Part shown: positions 41,239 to 52,032 of the stretch, piece after piece
How the letters are laid out: every line of letters begins with the position of its first letter
How positions within the stretch are numbered: position 1 is the stretch's first letter
Assembly: GCA_934129895.1 (NCBI GenBank)
Contig: CAKOWY010000007.1
Location: 20,107-84,106 of the forward strand
Origin: an uncultured Clostridia bacterium
GTDB lineage: Bacteria; Bacillota; Clostridia; TANB77; CAG-508
Length of the DNA: 64,000 nucleotides
Reading direction: 5' to 3'
The notes under the pieces: model-generated
What the model was told of the DNA's origin: nothing
Database searches by the model: none
Seen by the model: only the letters and a program-made list of their open reading frames with translations
Program-made: the position numbers and the translations under genes

Positions 41239-43830
41239 TTACTTTATATATAATTCATTATTTTCACAATCTACTGTAATTGTTGTATTTGGTAAAATTT
41301 TATTTGCTAAAATATTTTTTGCTATTAATGTCTCAAGTTTCTTTTGAACAAATCTCTTTAATGGTCTTGCACCATAAACTTCATCATATCCATTATTAAT
41401 TAAATAATCTTTTGCTGATTGTGTAACATTTAAACTAATATGTTTATCATCAAGTCTTCTTTCCAAATCTTTAATTAATAAGTCTAATATTCTTCCTATT
41501 TCAGTTTTCTGTAATGGTTTATAAAATACTATTTCATCTAATCTGTTCAAAAATTCTGGTCTAAAGCTTTGTTTTAATAATTTTCTTACATTTTCTTTTG
41601 CTTCTTCAGATATTTCTCCATTTTCTTGAATTCCGTCTAATATATAACTTGAACCTAAGTTTGAAGTTAATATTATAATTGTATTTTTAAAGTCTACTGT
41701 TCTTCCTTGTGAATCTGTAATTCTACCATCATCAAGTACTTGTAACAAAATATTAAATACATCTGGATGAGCTTTTTCTATTTCATCAAATAAAACTACT
41801 GAATATGGTTTTCTTCTTACTGCTTCTGTTAATTGTCCACCTTCTTCATATCCAACATATCCTGGAGGCGCACCAATTAATCTAGATACAGAGTATTTTT
41901 CCATATACTCACTCATATCTATTCTTATCATATTATGTTCATCATCAAATAAGCATTCTGCTAATGCTTTTGCAAGTTCTGTTTTACCAACACCTGTTGG
42001 TCCTAAGAACATAAATGATCCTATTGGTTTACGTGGATCTCCAATTCCTGCTCTTGAACGCATTATTGCTTCAGATACTTTTTCTACTGCATCGTCTTGT
42101 CCAATTACTCTCTTATGCAATAATTCTGGTAAATGTAGGATTTTTTCTCTTTCGCTTTCCATTAATTTTGTAACTGGAATTCCTGTCCATCTTGAAATAA
42201 TTTTTGTTATTTCATCTTCTGTTACTTTATTTCTTAATAGTCCATCTTCTTTTCCTTTTTCAGATAATTCTTCCTCTGCTTTTAATTCTTTTTGCAATTC
42301 TGGAAGTTTACCATATCTTAATTCTGCTACTTTTCCTAAATCATATACTCTTTCTGCTTGTTCTATTTGTGCATTTACTTGTTCTATTTCTTCACGTAAT
42401 TTTTGTACTTTAGAAATTGCTTGTTTTTCATTTTCCCATTTTGCTTTCATTCCATCAAATTTTGTTTTTAATTCTGCTTTTTCTTTTTTGATGTCTTCTA
42501 GTCTTTTTTTAGAAATTTCATCTGTTTCTTTTGAAAGTGCTGTTTCTTCAATTTCTAATTGCATTATTTTTCTTGATACTTCATCAAGTTCTGTTGGCAT
42601 TGATTGCATTTCTGTTTTTATCATTGCACAAGCTTCATCTATTAAGTCTATTGCTTTATCTGGTAAAAATCTGTCTGAAATATATCTGTGTGATAATGTT
42701 GCTGCAGTAATTAATGCATTATCTGATATTTTAACTCCATGATATACTTCATATCTTTCTTTTAATCCTCTTAATATTGATATTGTATCTTCTACTGTTG
42801 GCTCATCTACCATTACTGGTTGGAAACGTCTTTCTAGTGCTTGGTCTTTTTCTATATATTGTCTATATTCATTTAATGTTGTTGCACCAATACAATGTAA
42901 TTCTCCTCTTGCTAACATTGGTTTTAATAAGTTTCCAGCATCCATTGCACCATCTGTTTTTCCTGCTCCAACAATTGTGTGAATTTCATCAATAAATAAG
43001 ATAATTTTTCCTTCACTTTTCTTTACTTCTTGTAATACTGCTTTTAATCTTTCCTCAAATTCTCCTCTATATTTTGCACCAGCTACAAGTAGTCCCATAT
43101 CAAGTGAGAATATTGTACAGTCTTTTAATCCTTCTGGCACATCTCCTCTAACAATTCTTAATGCTAATCCTTCTGCTATTGCTGTTTTACCAACACCTGG
43201 TTCACCAATTAAACATGGATTGTTTTTAGTTTTTCTTGATAGAATTCTTATTACATTTCTTATTTCATTATCTCTTCCTATTACTGGATCAAGTTTTTGG
43301 TCTCTTGCCATTTGTACTAAGTCTTGACCATATTTCTTTAAAACATCATAGGTTTCTTCTGGATTGTCTGTTGTTACTCTTGTGTTTCCTCTAACTTCTG
43401 ATAATGCTTTTAAAAATGCGTTTTTTGTTATATTAAATGTTCTAAATAATTCTTTTAATTGACTATTTGCATGATCAAATATTGAAATCATTATATGTTC
43501 AACAGATACATATTCGTCTTTCATTTTTTTTGCTATATTTTCACTATCTGCTAATACTAAATCTGTATCTTGTGATACATATATTCCATCATTTGGTCTT
43601 GATCCTCCTGTCATTCTTGGCTTGTTATCAACTAGTCTTTTTACTTCATTTTCGAAGTTTTCTTCATTTGATGTAATTTTCTTTATTAGCTCTTTTATTA
43701 AGCTATTATCTTGCTCTAGTAATGCAAGTAATATGTGTTCTTGTTCTACTTGTACATTTTGATTTGTGCTTGCTAATGTTTGTGCATTTTGTAATGCTTC
43801 TATTGATTTTTGCGTAAATTTTTGTATATT
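41239..43830 (-). CDS. clpB: ATP-dependent chaperone ClpB
   Basis: Two AAA+ modules (GEPGVGKT and GPTGVGKT Walker A motifs), a long coiled-coil middle domain, and Clp_N. Start placed at MNIQKF with GGAGAG upstream, because the track start is a GTG. Confidence 0.9.
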   Translation of the reverse strand, partial: NIQKFTQKSIEALQNAQTLASTNQNVQVEQEHILLALLEQDNSLIKELIKKITSNEENFENEVKRLVDNKPRMTGGSRPNDGIYVSQDTDLVLADSENIAKKMKDEYVSVEHIMISIFDHANSQLKELFRTFNITKNAFLKALSEVRGNTRVTTDNPEETYDVLKKYGQDLVQMARDQKLDPVIGRDNEIRNVIRILSRKTKNNPCLIGEPGVGKTAIAEGLALRIVRGDVPEGLKDCTIFSLDMGLLVAGAKYRGEFEERLKAVLQEVKKSEGKIILFIDEIHTIVGAGKTDGAMDAGNLLKPMLARGELHCIGATTLNEYRQYIEKDQALERRFQPVMVDEPTVEDTISILRGLKERYEVYHGVKISDNALITAATLSHRYISDRFLPDKAIDLIDEACAMIKTEMQSMPTELDEVSRKIMQLEIEETALSKETDEISKKRLEDIKKEKAELKTKFDGMKAKWENEKQAISKVQKLREEIEQVNAQIEQAERVYDLGKVAELRYGKLPELQKELKAEEELSEKGKEDGLLRNKVTEDEITKIISRWTGIPVTKLMESEREKILHLPELLHKRVIGQDDAVEKVSEAIMRSRAGIGDPRKPIGSFMFLGPTGVGKTELAKALAECLFDDEHNMIRIDMSEYMEKYSVSRLIGAPPGYVGYEEGGQLTEAVRRKPYSVVLFDEIEKAHPDVFNILLQVLDDGRITDSQGRTVDFKNTIIILTSNLGSSYILDGIQENGEISEEAKENVRKLLKQSFRPEFLNRLDEIVFYKPLQKTEIGRILDLLIKDLERRLDDKHISLNVTQSAKDYLINNGYDEVYGARPLKRFVQKKLETLIAKNILANKILPNTTITVDCENNELYIK

Positions 43831-43955
43831 CATAAATATCACTCTCCTTTTATATTATAGGTAAGTTCAAAGAACTTTCATATAATATGAATATATGTTT
43901 TAACAGCACCTCTTTTAGATAGTGCTGTTACTTTCTTTTTATTTACATTTATTAT

Positions 43956-43998
43956 TATACATCGTCTTTTTAGCAATGTCAATAGTAGAGTGCTAATT
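43956..43998 (-). promoter_or_regulatory. clpB promoter: consensus TTGACA-17-TATAAT overlapped by a CIRCE-like inverted repeat
   Basis: On the minus strand, TTGACA (plus 43979-43984), a 17-nt spacer, then TATAAT (plus 43956-43961). The minus strand also reads TTAGCACTC-N9-CATTGCTAA, spanning the -35. Compare the CIRCE consensus TTAGCACTC-N9-GAGTGCTAA. Confidence 0.45.
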
Positions 43999-44010
43999 TT
44001 GTAAATTTTT

Positions 44011-45327
44011 TTACATCAAATGTACCAAAAATACTTTTGCTAAACTTAAAAATATAAAAAATCCCAATACATCAGTAGCAGTTGTCAAAAATATTGAAGA
44101 AGACAATGCTGGATCAATTTTTAACTTTTGCAAAATTAATGGAATCAATATTCCAGACACACCTGAAATTATCAAATTTGCGACCATTGCTAAAAAAGCA
44201 ATAATTCCCAAATAATAATTTCCATACATTATTGAAACAATTCCACTTGTTACAATTCCTATAACTGCCCCATCTATAACTCCAAGCAATATTTCTTTTC
44301 CAAGTAAATGCCAAGAATCTTTTAAACTAACCTTTCCCATTGCAATATTTCTAATTATAATAGAAATAGTCTGTGTTCCTGCATTTCCACCCATACCTGT
44401 AATAATTGACATTATAGATGATAATGCTACAACTTGTGCAATTGTAGATTCAAAAACTTTTATTGTTGCAGATGCTAAAAATGCAGTTAACAAATTTACA
44501 AGTAACCATGGAAGTCTTAATTTTATAGATTCCCATAATGTACTATCTAATGTCTCTTCTTTTGCGACACCACCCATTTTTAACAAATCTTCTGTATGTT
44601 CTTCAACTATTACATCAACTATATCATCAATTGTTATAATTCCAAGCATCGCTTTTTTCTTATTTAAAACTGGTATTGCAGTCAAGTCATATTTTGAAAC
44701 TATTAAAGCAACTTCCTCTTGGTCTGTTTCTGGATCAACATATACAAAATGTTCATTTGTTATTTCTTCTAATTTTTCGTTTTCAGGAGCAACTAATATA
44801 TCTCTTAATTGTGCTGTTCCTATTAATTCTTTTTTCCTATTTACAACAAAAATTGTATCAATTAACTCTGTTTTTGGTGCTATTTCTTTTATCTTTTTTA
44901 TTGCATCTTCTATTGGAAGATTAGCATTAAGAGCTATATATTCTGTTGTCATAATACCACCTGCGCAATCATCTTTATACCCTAAAAGTTCTTTAATAAC
45001 AGCTCTATCTCCACTTTTCATCAAATTGATTAATTCTTTAGATTTTCCAACATTCATTTCTCCTAAAATATCTACAATATCATCTTTTGACATATAGCTA
45101 AATACTTTTAAGATTTTCTTATTATCCAAAAACTTTAATATTCTAAGCTGTGTATCTAATTCAGCTTCTTCTAATATTCCAGCTAATTCTTCCTCTGTTG
45201 GTTTCTTTAAAAATTCTTCTAATTCGTCATCATCATATTCAGATAGCTTTAAAGCTAGATCGACAGCAGTAATGTCGTCTAGCTCTTCTAAGTTCTCTAA
45301 ATCATTATTTTCATTTCCTTCAATCAT
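44011..45327 (-). CDS. mgtE: magnesium transporter MgtE
   Basis: N-terminal MgtE_N domain, tandem CBS domains, and a C-terminal 5-helix membrane domain. Confidence 0.85.
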   Translation of the reverse strand: MIEGNENNDLENLEELDDITAVDLALKLSEYDDDELEEFLKKPTEEELAGILEEAELDTQLRILKFLDNKKILKVFSYMSKDDIVDILGEMNVGKSKELINLMKSGDRAVIKELLGYKDDCAGGIMTTEYIALNANLPIEDAIKKIKEIAPKTELIDTIFVVNRKKELIGTAQLRDILVAPENEKLEEITNEHFVYVDPETDQEEVALIVSKYDLTAIPVLNKKKAMLGIITIDDIVDVIVEEHTEDLLKMGGVAKEETLDSTLWESIKLRLPWLLVNLLTAFLASATIKVFESTIAQVVALSSIMSIITGMGGNAGTQTISIIIRNIAMGKVSLKDSWHLLGKEILLGVIDGAVIGIVTSGIVSIMYGNYYLGIIAFLAMVANLIISGVSGILIPLILQKLKIDPALSSSIFLTTATDVLGFFIFLSLAKVFLVHLM

Positions 45328-47252
45328 GATTTATTCACCCCATTTATTATATTTTCTTCATCTAACCCATATATCTTTTCAAGTTCATCAACACTTCCAT
45401 GTTTTATGAATTCATCAGGATATGCATAACTTTTTATTTTTACTCCTTGCAAATTATTATTTACAATTAGTTCTTTTACCGCTGTGGCTAATCCATTTAT
45501 AATAGTTCCATCTTCTATTGTTATTACATTTTTAGTTTTCTTAATACTTTCAATTATTGTATTATTATCTAATGGTTTCAAAAATCTTGCATTTATAACT
45601 TCAACATCCATCTTTTCTTGCAGTTTTTGTCCTATATCCATTGCTCTTGCAACCATTTTTCCAATTGCTATTATAGTTACTCTTTCTTTTTGTGTTTTGT
45701 TATTAAATACTTTATCTCCAATCTTTTGTAATATTTTTGTTTTACTTGATTTTTCTTCATTTATAATTTTCTTTAAAACTTCTGCTTTTCCCAATTCAAT
45801 TTTTTCATGTCTTTCGAATTTTACTTTTGAATCTTCTCCTCCACGAGGATATCTAATAATTACTGGCCTATTTAATTTTACTGCAAATTCTAACATATCT
45901 TCTAATTCTTTAAAATCTTTTGGTGCCATTATTGTTAAATTAGGAACAAGTCTGAAAAATGCCATATCTAATGTTCCTTGATGTGTTTCTCCGTCTGCTC
46001 CAACACATCCAGCTCTATCTACGCACATAATTACTGGCAAATTTTGCATTGCAACATCATGTATAACTTGATCATATGCTCTTTGATAAAATGATGAATA
46101 TATTGGTATTACAGGTATCATTCCTTCTTTTGCCATTCCTGCAGACATTGTTATAGCATGTTGTTCTGCAATTCCTACATCAAAAAATCTTTTTGGAAAT
46201 TCTTTTTGGAATTCTCTAAGTCCTGTTCCATCTTTCATTGATGCTGTAACAGCAACTATTTTTTCATTCTCTCTTGCTAGTTTTACCAATTTTTCTCCAA
46301 ATATTTTAGAATAGTCTGCTTTTTTCGCTTTTTTTAGTTCTCCTGTTTCTATATTAAATGGAGATGTTGCATGAAATCTATCTGGATTTTTTTCTGCTAT
46401 TTTATATCCTTTTCCTTTTTTTGTTAATACATGTATTAAAACTGGTCCTTCTATTTCTTTACTTAGTTTTAATATACTTTCTAATTTTTCAATATTATGC
46501 CCATCAACAGGTCCTAAATATGTAAAACCTATATCTTCAAAATACATTCCTCTTATTACTAATTGTTTACATGCTCTTTTGAATCTTTGAATAATCCTTA
46601 CCAATTTATTTCCTACAACTGGCAATTTATTTAATTTGTTTTTTATTAATTTATTGGTTCGAGTATATAATTTTTTGGTTCTTAGTGTACTTAAAAATTG
46701 ATTTATCCCACCTATATTTTTTGCAATACTCATTTCATTATCATTTAATATAACTGTTAAATTACAATTACTACATCCTGCATCATTTAAGGCTTCTAGT
46801 GCCATTCCACCTGTTAATGCACCATCACCAATTACAGCTATACAAGAATTCTTTTTTCCTTGTAAATCTCTTGCTCTAGCCATTCCTAATGCTGCTGAAA
46901 TTGATGTACTACTATGTCCTGTATTAAAACAATCTGCATCTGATTCATTGCTTTTAGGAAAACCTGCAATTCCATTTAGTTTTCTTATATTTTTTAATTC
47001 TTCTCTTCTTCCAGTTATAATTTTATGTACATAACTTTGATGTCCTACATCCCATACTATTTTGTCTTCTGGAACGTTAAATACGGAGTGTAGTGCTATT
47101 GTTAGCTCTACCACTCCTAAATTTGATGCTAGATGTCCTCCATTTTCAGATACTACATCTAATATATATTTTCTTATTTCTTCTGCTAATTGTTTTTTTT
47201 GCTTTTGTGTTAGTTTTTTTACATCTTGTGGTGAATTTATTTGTTCTAACAT
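45324..47252 (-). CDS. dxs: 1-deoxy-D-xylulose-5-phosphate synthase
   Basis: Thiamine-diphosphate motif GDGALTGGMALEALN, the N-terminal SPQDVKKL motif, and 642 aa. Confidence 0.9.
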   Translation of the reverse strand: MLEQINSPQDVKKLTQKQKKQLAEEIRKYILDVVSENGGHLASNLGVVELTIALHSVFNVPEDKIVWDVGHQSYVHKIITGRREELKNIRKLNGIAGFPKSNESDADCFNTGHSSTSISAALGMARARDLQGKKNSCIAVIGDGALTGGMALEALNDAGCSNCNLTVILNDNEMSIAKNIGGINQFLSTLRTKKLYTRTNKLIKNKLNKLPVVGNKLVRIIQRFKRACKQLVIRGMYFEDIGFTYLGPVDGHNIEKLESILKLSKEIEGPVLIHVLTKKGKGYKIAEKNPDRFHATSPFNIETGELKKAKKADYSKIFGEKLVKLARENEKIVAVTASMKDGTGLREFQKEFPKRFFDVGIAEQHAITMSAGMAKEGMIPVIPIYSSFYQRAYDQVIHDVAMQNLPVIMCVDRAGCVGADGETHQGTLDMAFFRLVPNLTIMAPKDFKELEDMLEFAVKLNRPVIIRYPRGGEDSKVKFERHEKIELGKAEVLKKIINEEKSSKTKILQKIGDKVFNNKTQKERVTIIAIGKMVARAMDIGQKLQEKMDVEVINARFLKPLDNNTIIESIKKTKNVITIEDGTIINGLATAVKELIVNNNLQGVKIKSYAYPDEFIKHGSVDELEKIYGLDEENIINGVNKS

Positions 47253-47257
47253 TTTTC

Positions 47258-48331
47258 CTACCTTCTGATTACTACATAATTTTTATCTGATTTTGTTAAT
47301 GGTTCACATCCGCCTTTATTAACTAATACTGTATCTTCGATTCTAACTCCAAAATTTCCAGCAATATAAATTCCTGGCTCATCTGTTATGACCATATTTT
47401 CTTTTAATTGACTTTCTGATTTTATGCTTATAATTGGTGATTCATGTATATCTAATCCAACTCCATGCCCTAATGCATGAACTAAATCATAATTATTTAA
47501 TCTAAAATCATTATCTACCATTTTAGCAAGAAGTTTTGTATTAAAGCCGTCTTTCATATCATTTAAAGTCATAAGCTGATTTTTTAAAACTAAATCATAA
47601 ATAGGCTTTACTTCCTCTAATACTTCTCCAACAAATATCGTTCTAGTCATATCAGAACAATATCCATTTATTTTGCATCCCATATCAATTGTAATTATAT
47701 CTTTTTCTTGTATTTTTCTATCTGTTGGAACAGCATGCGGTTTAGAAGAATTTTCTCCAGAAGCTACAATCGTTTCAAATGATGTTCCTTCTGCATTTTT
47801 ATAATAAAAGTCATCAATTTCTCTTGCTATTTGTTTTTCTGTCATACCAGGTTTTATGTATGTTAATATATATGAAAAACATTCATCTGTCACCTTACAT
47901 GCTTCTTTTATATTTTCGATTTCTTCTTCATCTTTTAACATTCTTTGCTTTTCTATCATATCTTCTGTTTCTACTAAACTATTGATTTTAAATTTATGCA
48001 TATATTCTTTATATTTTGCATAAGTAACATACTTTTCCTCAAAACCTACGTTTTCACAAAACATAAAGAAGTTTTCATAATCTTCTACTCCTAATCCTCT
48101 TGCATCATATACAACAATTTCGTCAAACAATGTTAAAGTATTATGAACATCTTCAATATATCTAGCATCTGTTATAAAGATATTTTCTTTTCTTGTTACT
48201 AATAAAATTCCCTCTGCTTTAATGTTTGTTAAATATCTTATGTTTACAGGATTTGATATAATCATTCCCTGTAAATCCATGCTCAATAGTTTATTTCTTA
48301 ACCATTGCATTTTTCTATTCATTACATTCAA
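47258..48331 (-). CDS. Xaa-Pro aminopeptidase/dipeptidase, M24 family
   Basis: M24 metal-ligand pattern HALGHGVGLDIHE and a creatinase-like N-terminal domain. Confidence 0.8.
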   Translation of the reverse strand: MNVMNRKMQWLRNKLLSMDLQGMIISNPVNIRYLTNIKAEGILLVTRKENIFITDARYIEDVHNTLTLFDEIVVYDARGLGVEDYENFFMFCENVGFEEKYVTYAKYKEYMHKFKINSLVETEDMIEKQRMLKDEEEIENIKEACKVTDECFSYILTYIKPGMTEKQIAREIDDFYYKNAEGTSFETIVASGENSSKPHAVPTDRKIQEKDIITIDMGCKINGYCSDMTRTIFVGEVLEEVKPIYDLVLKNQLMTLNDMKDGFNTKLLAKMVDNDFRLNNYDLVHALGHGVGLDIHESPIISIKSESQLKENMVITDEPGIYIAGNFGVRIEDTVLVNKGGCEPLTKSDKNYVVIRR

Positions 48332-48355
48332 TTCCTTTCAAAAATTAGTTACATT

Positions 48356-49108
48356 TTAATTTTTATATATTCCAAGAGTAAATATTGTTACAAGGACTTT
48401 TGTTATCATACTTGATGGAATAAAAATACATATAAATGTTCCAATTACAATAAATGGGCCAAATGGTATATATTCATCTATTTTCTTTATTCTAGTAGTA
48501 ATTAAAAATATCCCAATTATTGCACCTATTAAAAATGATGTTATCGAAATAGCTACAATATTTGTAACTCCAAAATACAATCCTAATGCTCCCATTAATT
48601 TTACATCGCCAAAACCTAAAGCTTCTTTTCCATATATAAAACTTCCAAGTAAAGATATTATAAAAAATATTCCACATCCAATTATTGAACCTAGCAACAT
48701 ATCAACTGCAATTGTTGCATTTGACATTCCATAAATAAATGTAACTATAAGTCCTAACTCTAATATTGTTAAATTTAATCTATTTGGTATAATTTGTTTT
48801 TTATAATCTATTACAAATGCTGACAATAATAATGGTGTTAGCATTACATATTTTATTAAATTTAGATTTCCTATAATTGTATTTTGTATCCCATATCTAT
48901 ACACTAGTGCAACATATATAGTAGATGTTATTAACATTAATATATAATTTGGTTTAAAATCTATTTTTAATTCTTCAAACATTTCTTTGTCAAATATTTT
49001 TTGGTTATTTAATAATTTATGATTCATCCATTCAACAAATTGGCCTACAAATAATCCAAATATTGCCGCAACTACGTAATATAATATATGTGTATCATTT
49101 ATGTACAT
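48356..49108 (-). CDS. prepilin peptidase, A24 family
   Basis: Polytopic membrane protein with the GFGDVKL catalytic Asp motif. Confidence 0.75.
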   Translation of the reverse strand: MYINDTHILYYVVAAIFGLFVGQFVEWMNHKLLNNQKIFDKEMFEELKIDFKPNYILMLITSTIYVALVYRYGIQNTIIGNLNLIKYVMLTPLLLSAFVIDYKKQIIPNRLNLTILELGLIVTFIYGMSNATIAVDMLLGSIIGCGIFFIISLLGSFIYGKEALGFGDVKLMGALGLYFGVTNIVAISITSFLIGAIIGIFLITTRIKKIDEYIPFGPFIVIGTFICIFIPSSMITKVLVTIFTLGIYKN

Positions 49109-49125
49109 ACTTTTTTGTATGGATC

Positions 49126-49638
49126 TTAATCCATAACTCCTCCTTTGTTTATTGTCTTAAAATATTTTCCTTTGATTAACATTTCTATTGGTCTTTTTAT
49201 TTGAGTAATCCATATATCTTTTTTTCCTAGTGGTTCAACCAAAATTGTAAACATTTTGCATCTATTTCCACCTAATACATCTGTAAATATTTGATCACCT
49301 ACTACTGCTATATTTTCTGGATTTTCATTTAAATTACTTTGTGCCTTTAATAATCCTCCTTTTAATGGTTTTTTTGCAAAATAGATATACTTTATTCTTA
49401 ATTTTTTAGCTACCTCTTCAACTTTTGCCTTTTTGTTTGTATTTGATACTATTTGCAATTTTATTCCATTTCTTTTTAATTCTTTAGCCCATTCTCTTGT
49501 TCCTTCTGGCATCTTTTTTTCAAAATCTATTAATGTATTGTCTACATCTAGTATTAAGGCTTTTATATTATTTTGTTTTAAAAAATCTACATTTATTTCT
49601 TTTACACTTTTAAAATACGCTTTTGGATATAATATCAA
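49126..49638 (-). CDS. YqeG-type HAD-IIIA phosphatase
   Basis: LILDVDNTL and VGDQIFTDV HAD motifs. 170 aa. Confidence 0.7.
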   Translation of the reverse strand: MILYPKAYFKSVKEINVDFLKQNNIKALILDVDNTLIDFEKKMPEGTREWAKELKRNGIKLQIVSNTNKKAKVEEVAKKLRIKYIYFAKKPLKGGLLKAQSNLNENPENIAVVGDQIFTDVLGGNRCKMFTILVEPLGKKDIWITQIKRPIEMLIKGKYFKTINKGGVMD

Positions 49639-49699
49639 CCTTCTACACTCCTTATTTGTATTTTTTTTGATTATATAACAAGTTCCTCAAAGTTGCAAG

Positions 49700-49735
49700 T
49701 AAAATAGAAAAAAAGTGCTTACATTTTACTGTAAG
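49700..49735 (-). terminator. rho-independent terminator after the acyl-CoA ligase gene
   Basis: AGTGCTTACA TTTTAC TGTAAGCACT stem, flanked by an A-tract and a T-tract. Confidence 0.55.
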
Positions 49736-49744
49736 CACTCTTTT

Positions 49745-51463
49745 TTATTTTGATAAAATCTTTTTTATTTCTTCATTACGTTTTATTTTTTGAGTTGTTG
49801 TTTTTATTAATTCTTCATCAGTTAAAATCATATTCTTAATATATTTATATGGTGGAAACGATTTGTTTATCTCTTTTATTTGTTCCCATAATATTTGATG
49901 CAATTCTTCTTCAGACTTTCCTGCATATTTTTCATCTGCTACTTTTTTATCGTAAACAATTTTTACTGATAATTTTAAATCATTTTTATCTTTTTCATCA
50001 GGCATTCCATAAACTATACATTCTTTTACTAAATCAATTCTATTGATTAATGTTTCAAGTTCTTCTGGAAATACTTTTTTTCCATTTTTTAAAACAATCA
50101 TATCTTTTTGACGTCCTGTTAAAAAGATAAAACCATCTTTGTCTCTATAAGCCAAATCCCCTGTATAAAACCATCCATCTTTTATAACATTTTTTGTTGC
50201 TTCTTCATTTTCATAATATCCCAACATTATATTTGGTCCCTTTATACGTATTTCACCAATTCCATTTTCATCTTTGTTTACAATTTCAACTTCTACGTTT
50301 TCCATTGGAAGTCCAATTGAACCATATCTTTTCTTTTTAGCATTTTCTGCTGAAATAACTGGAGATGTTTCTGTTAATCCATATCCTTGAACAACTTCAA
50401 TTCCTAATTCATTAAAACCCTGAGCAACTTTCTTATCTAATGGTGCTCCTCCAGAAATTATAAATCTCATTCTTCCTCCAAGAGCATCTATTACATCTTT
50501 AAATAATTTTCTTCTTACATCAATATGTAATTTTAATAAACAATTACTCAATTTTTTTGCATTATTTATAAGTTTTGTTTTTCCTTTTTTCTCTATTTCT
50601 TTTTCTATATTTTTATAAATTGCTTCTACTAATAATGGTACTCCAACAAATAAAGAAATTTGATATTCTCTTAAGTTTTGAGCTACATATCGTAATCCAT
50701 CTGGAAATGCTGTTTTTGCACCTATTGCAATCATTACAATCATACATGTTGAACCAAATATATGATGAAAAGGTAAAAATGCTAAATTATTATCTGTTGA
50801 ACGCATATCTTCTACTAATAGCATTGCATAAACATTAGAAGCTATATTCCTATTTGATAGCATTACTGCTTTAGATTTTGAAGTTGTTCCTGATGTAAAT
50901 AATAATATTGCCATTTTATCATTATCTATTTCACAATCTACATATTCTGTGTTTCCACTTTTTAATATATCTGCCCCTTCATCTTTTAAAGTCCAGAAAT
51001 TTTTGTATCCTTCTTTTTCTGTCATGCAAATAAATTCTTGTAAATTTGTTTTTCTATTCTGTTTTATTTTTTCTATGTTTTCTGTATATTTTTCATCAAA
51101 TACTACAACATCTGCTTTACTTCTTTCCAAACAACTTTCTAATTCATCAACTTGCAATTCTTTGTCTAATGGTATTGAAACAATTCCACCTAATAGATTT
51201 GCAAAATGTGTTACTACCCATTCATATCTATTTCTTCCAACAATTGCTATTCTTTTGTTTTTTAATCCCATATTAAATAATTTTGTTCCAAAATTATTTA
51301 TATCTTGTAATAATTTACTATATGTAATATTTTCATATTCAACTTCATTTTTTTCATTTTTGTGTTTAATCACAAATGCAATATTTTCTTTGAATTTTTT
51401 TGCTGAATTATATACTATTTCTTTTATATTATTACAATTAACTGACTCAAAGTATTTTTCCAT
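49745..51463 (-). CDS. AMP-dependent synthetase/ligase (long-chain acyl-CoA ligase-like)
   Basis: AMP-binding signature LLFTSGTTSKSKAV and a C-terminal GWFYTGDLAYRD motif. Confidence 0.75.
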   Translation of the reverse strand: MEKYFESVNCNNIKEIVYNSAKKFKENIAFVIKHKNEKNEVEYENITYSKLLQDINNFGTKLFNMGLKNKRIAIVGRNRYEWVVTHFANLLGGIVSIPLDKELQVDELESCLERSKADVVVFDEKYTENIEKIKQNRKTNLQEFICMTEKEGYKNFWTLKDEGADILKSGNTEYVDCEIDNDKMAILLFTSGTTSKSKAVMLSNRNIASNVYAMLLVEDMRSTDNNLAFLPFHHIFGSTCMIVMIAIGAKTAFPDGLRYVAQNLREYQISLFVGVPLLVEAIYKNIEKEIEKKGKTKLINNAKKLSNCLLKLHIDVRRKLFKDVIDALGGRMRFIISGGAPLDKKVAQGFNELGIEVVQGYGLTETSPVISAENAKKKRYGSIGLPMENVEVEIVNKDENGIGEIRIKGPNIMLGYYENEEATKNVIKDGWFYTGDLAYRDKDGFIFLTGRQKDMIVLKNGKKVFPEELETLINRIDLVKECIVYGMPDEKDKNDLKLSVKIVYDKKVADEKYAGKSEEELHQILWEQIKEINKSFPPYKYIKNMILTDEELIKTTTQKIKRNEEIKKILSK

Positions 51464-51681
51464 ATTTTTCTTCCTTTCATGAAAATTAAAACAATCTAGT
51501 TTTTGATACTAGATTATCATATTTAACATGTCTTGTCAATAAACTGACTGTATTTTCAAATAAAATATTTCGACATATTTTGTTATTTTTTATTGAAAAA
51601 AAAAATTATTTAATATATAATTTTCAAAGCATTATTTATACGATAGGAGGAAATGTATGATTTAACATCATACAAAATAAT

Positions 51682-52032
51682 ATGGAACATTGGAGTGTTG
51701 AAGATTATAAAAATTTCACTAATAATAAAATAAAAAAAAGCAAATATAGAGCTAATAAAACATCAATAGATGGTCATACATTTGATAGTCAAAAAGAAGC
51801 CGAATATTACTGTGAACTAAAATTAAAATTACAAGCTAAAGAAATTAATGGTTTTTGTTTACAACCTACATTTATGCTGGCTCCTGGTTTAAAATATAAA
51901 GCTGATTTTATCGTTTTTAATACTGATAATTCTTATGAAGTAATAGATGTAAAAGGAATAAAGACTAAAGAATATATAACTAAAAAGAAAGTTTTTGAAG
52001 ATAAATATAATATGAAAATAAAAGAAATATGA
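51682..52032 (+). CDS. DUF1064-family protein (phage-associated, Hjc/restriction-endonuclease-like fold)
   Basis: Pattern SKYRANKTSIDGHTFDSQKEAEYYCELKL...YKADFIVF...EVIDVKG, typical of DUF1064. Lone plus-strand gene. The ATG at 51682 has no SD of its own. Confidence 0.55.
   Translation: MEHWSVEDYKNFTNNKIKKSKYRANKTSIDGHTFDSQKEAEYYCELKLKLQAKEINGFCLQPTFMLAPGLKYKADFIVFNTDNSYEVIDVKGIKTKEYITKKKVFEDKYNMKIKEI

Noticed and set aside
43895-43935. Hairpin AACAGCAC...GTGCTGTT followed by a T-tract on the plus strand, considered as a terminator
   Set aside because: There is no plus-strand gene upstream of it. On the minus strand it lies downstream of the clpB promoter and is not followed by a U-tract, so it is more likely a 5-prime-UTR structure than a terminator.
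43843-44010. Search for a CtsR operator (tandem GGTCAAA heptads) upstream of clpB
   Set aside because: No convincing direct-repeat heptads are found. Only the CIRCE-like dyad is present.
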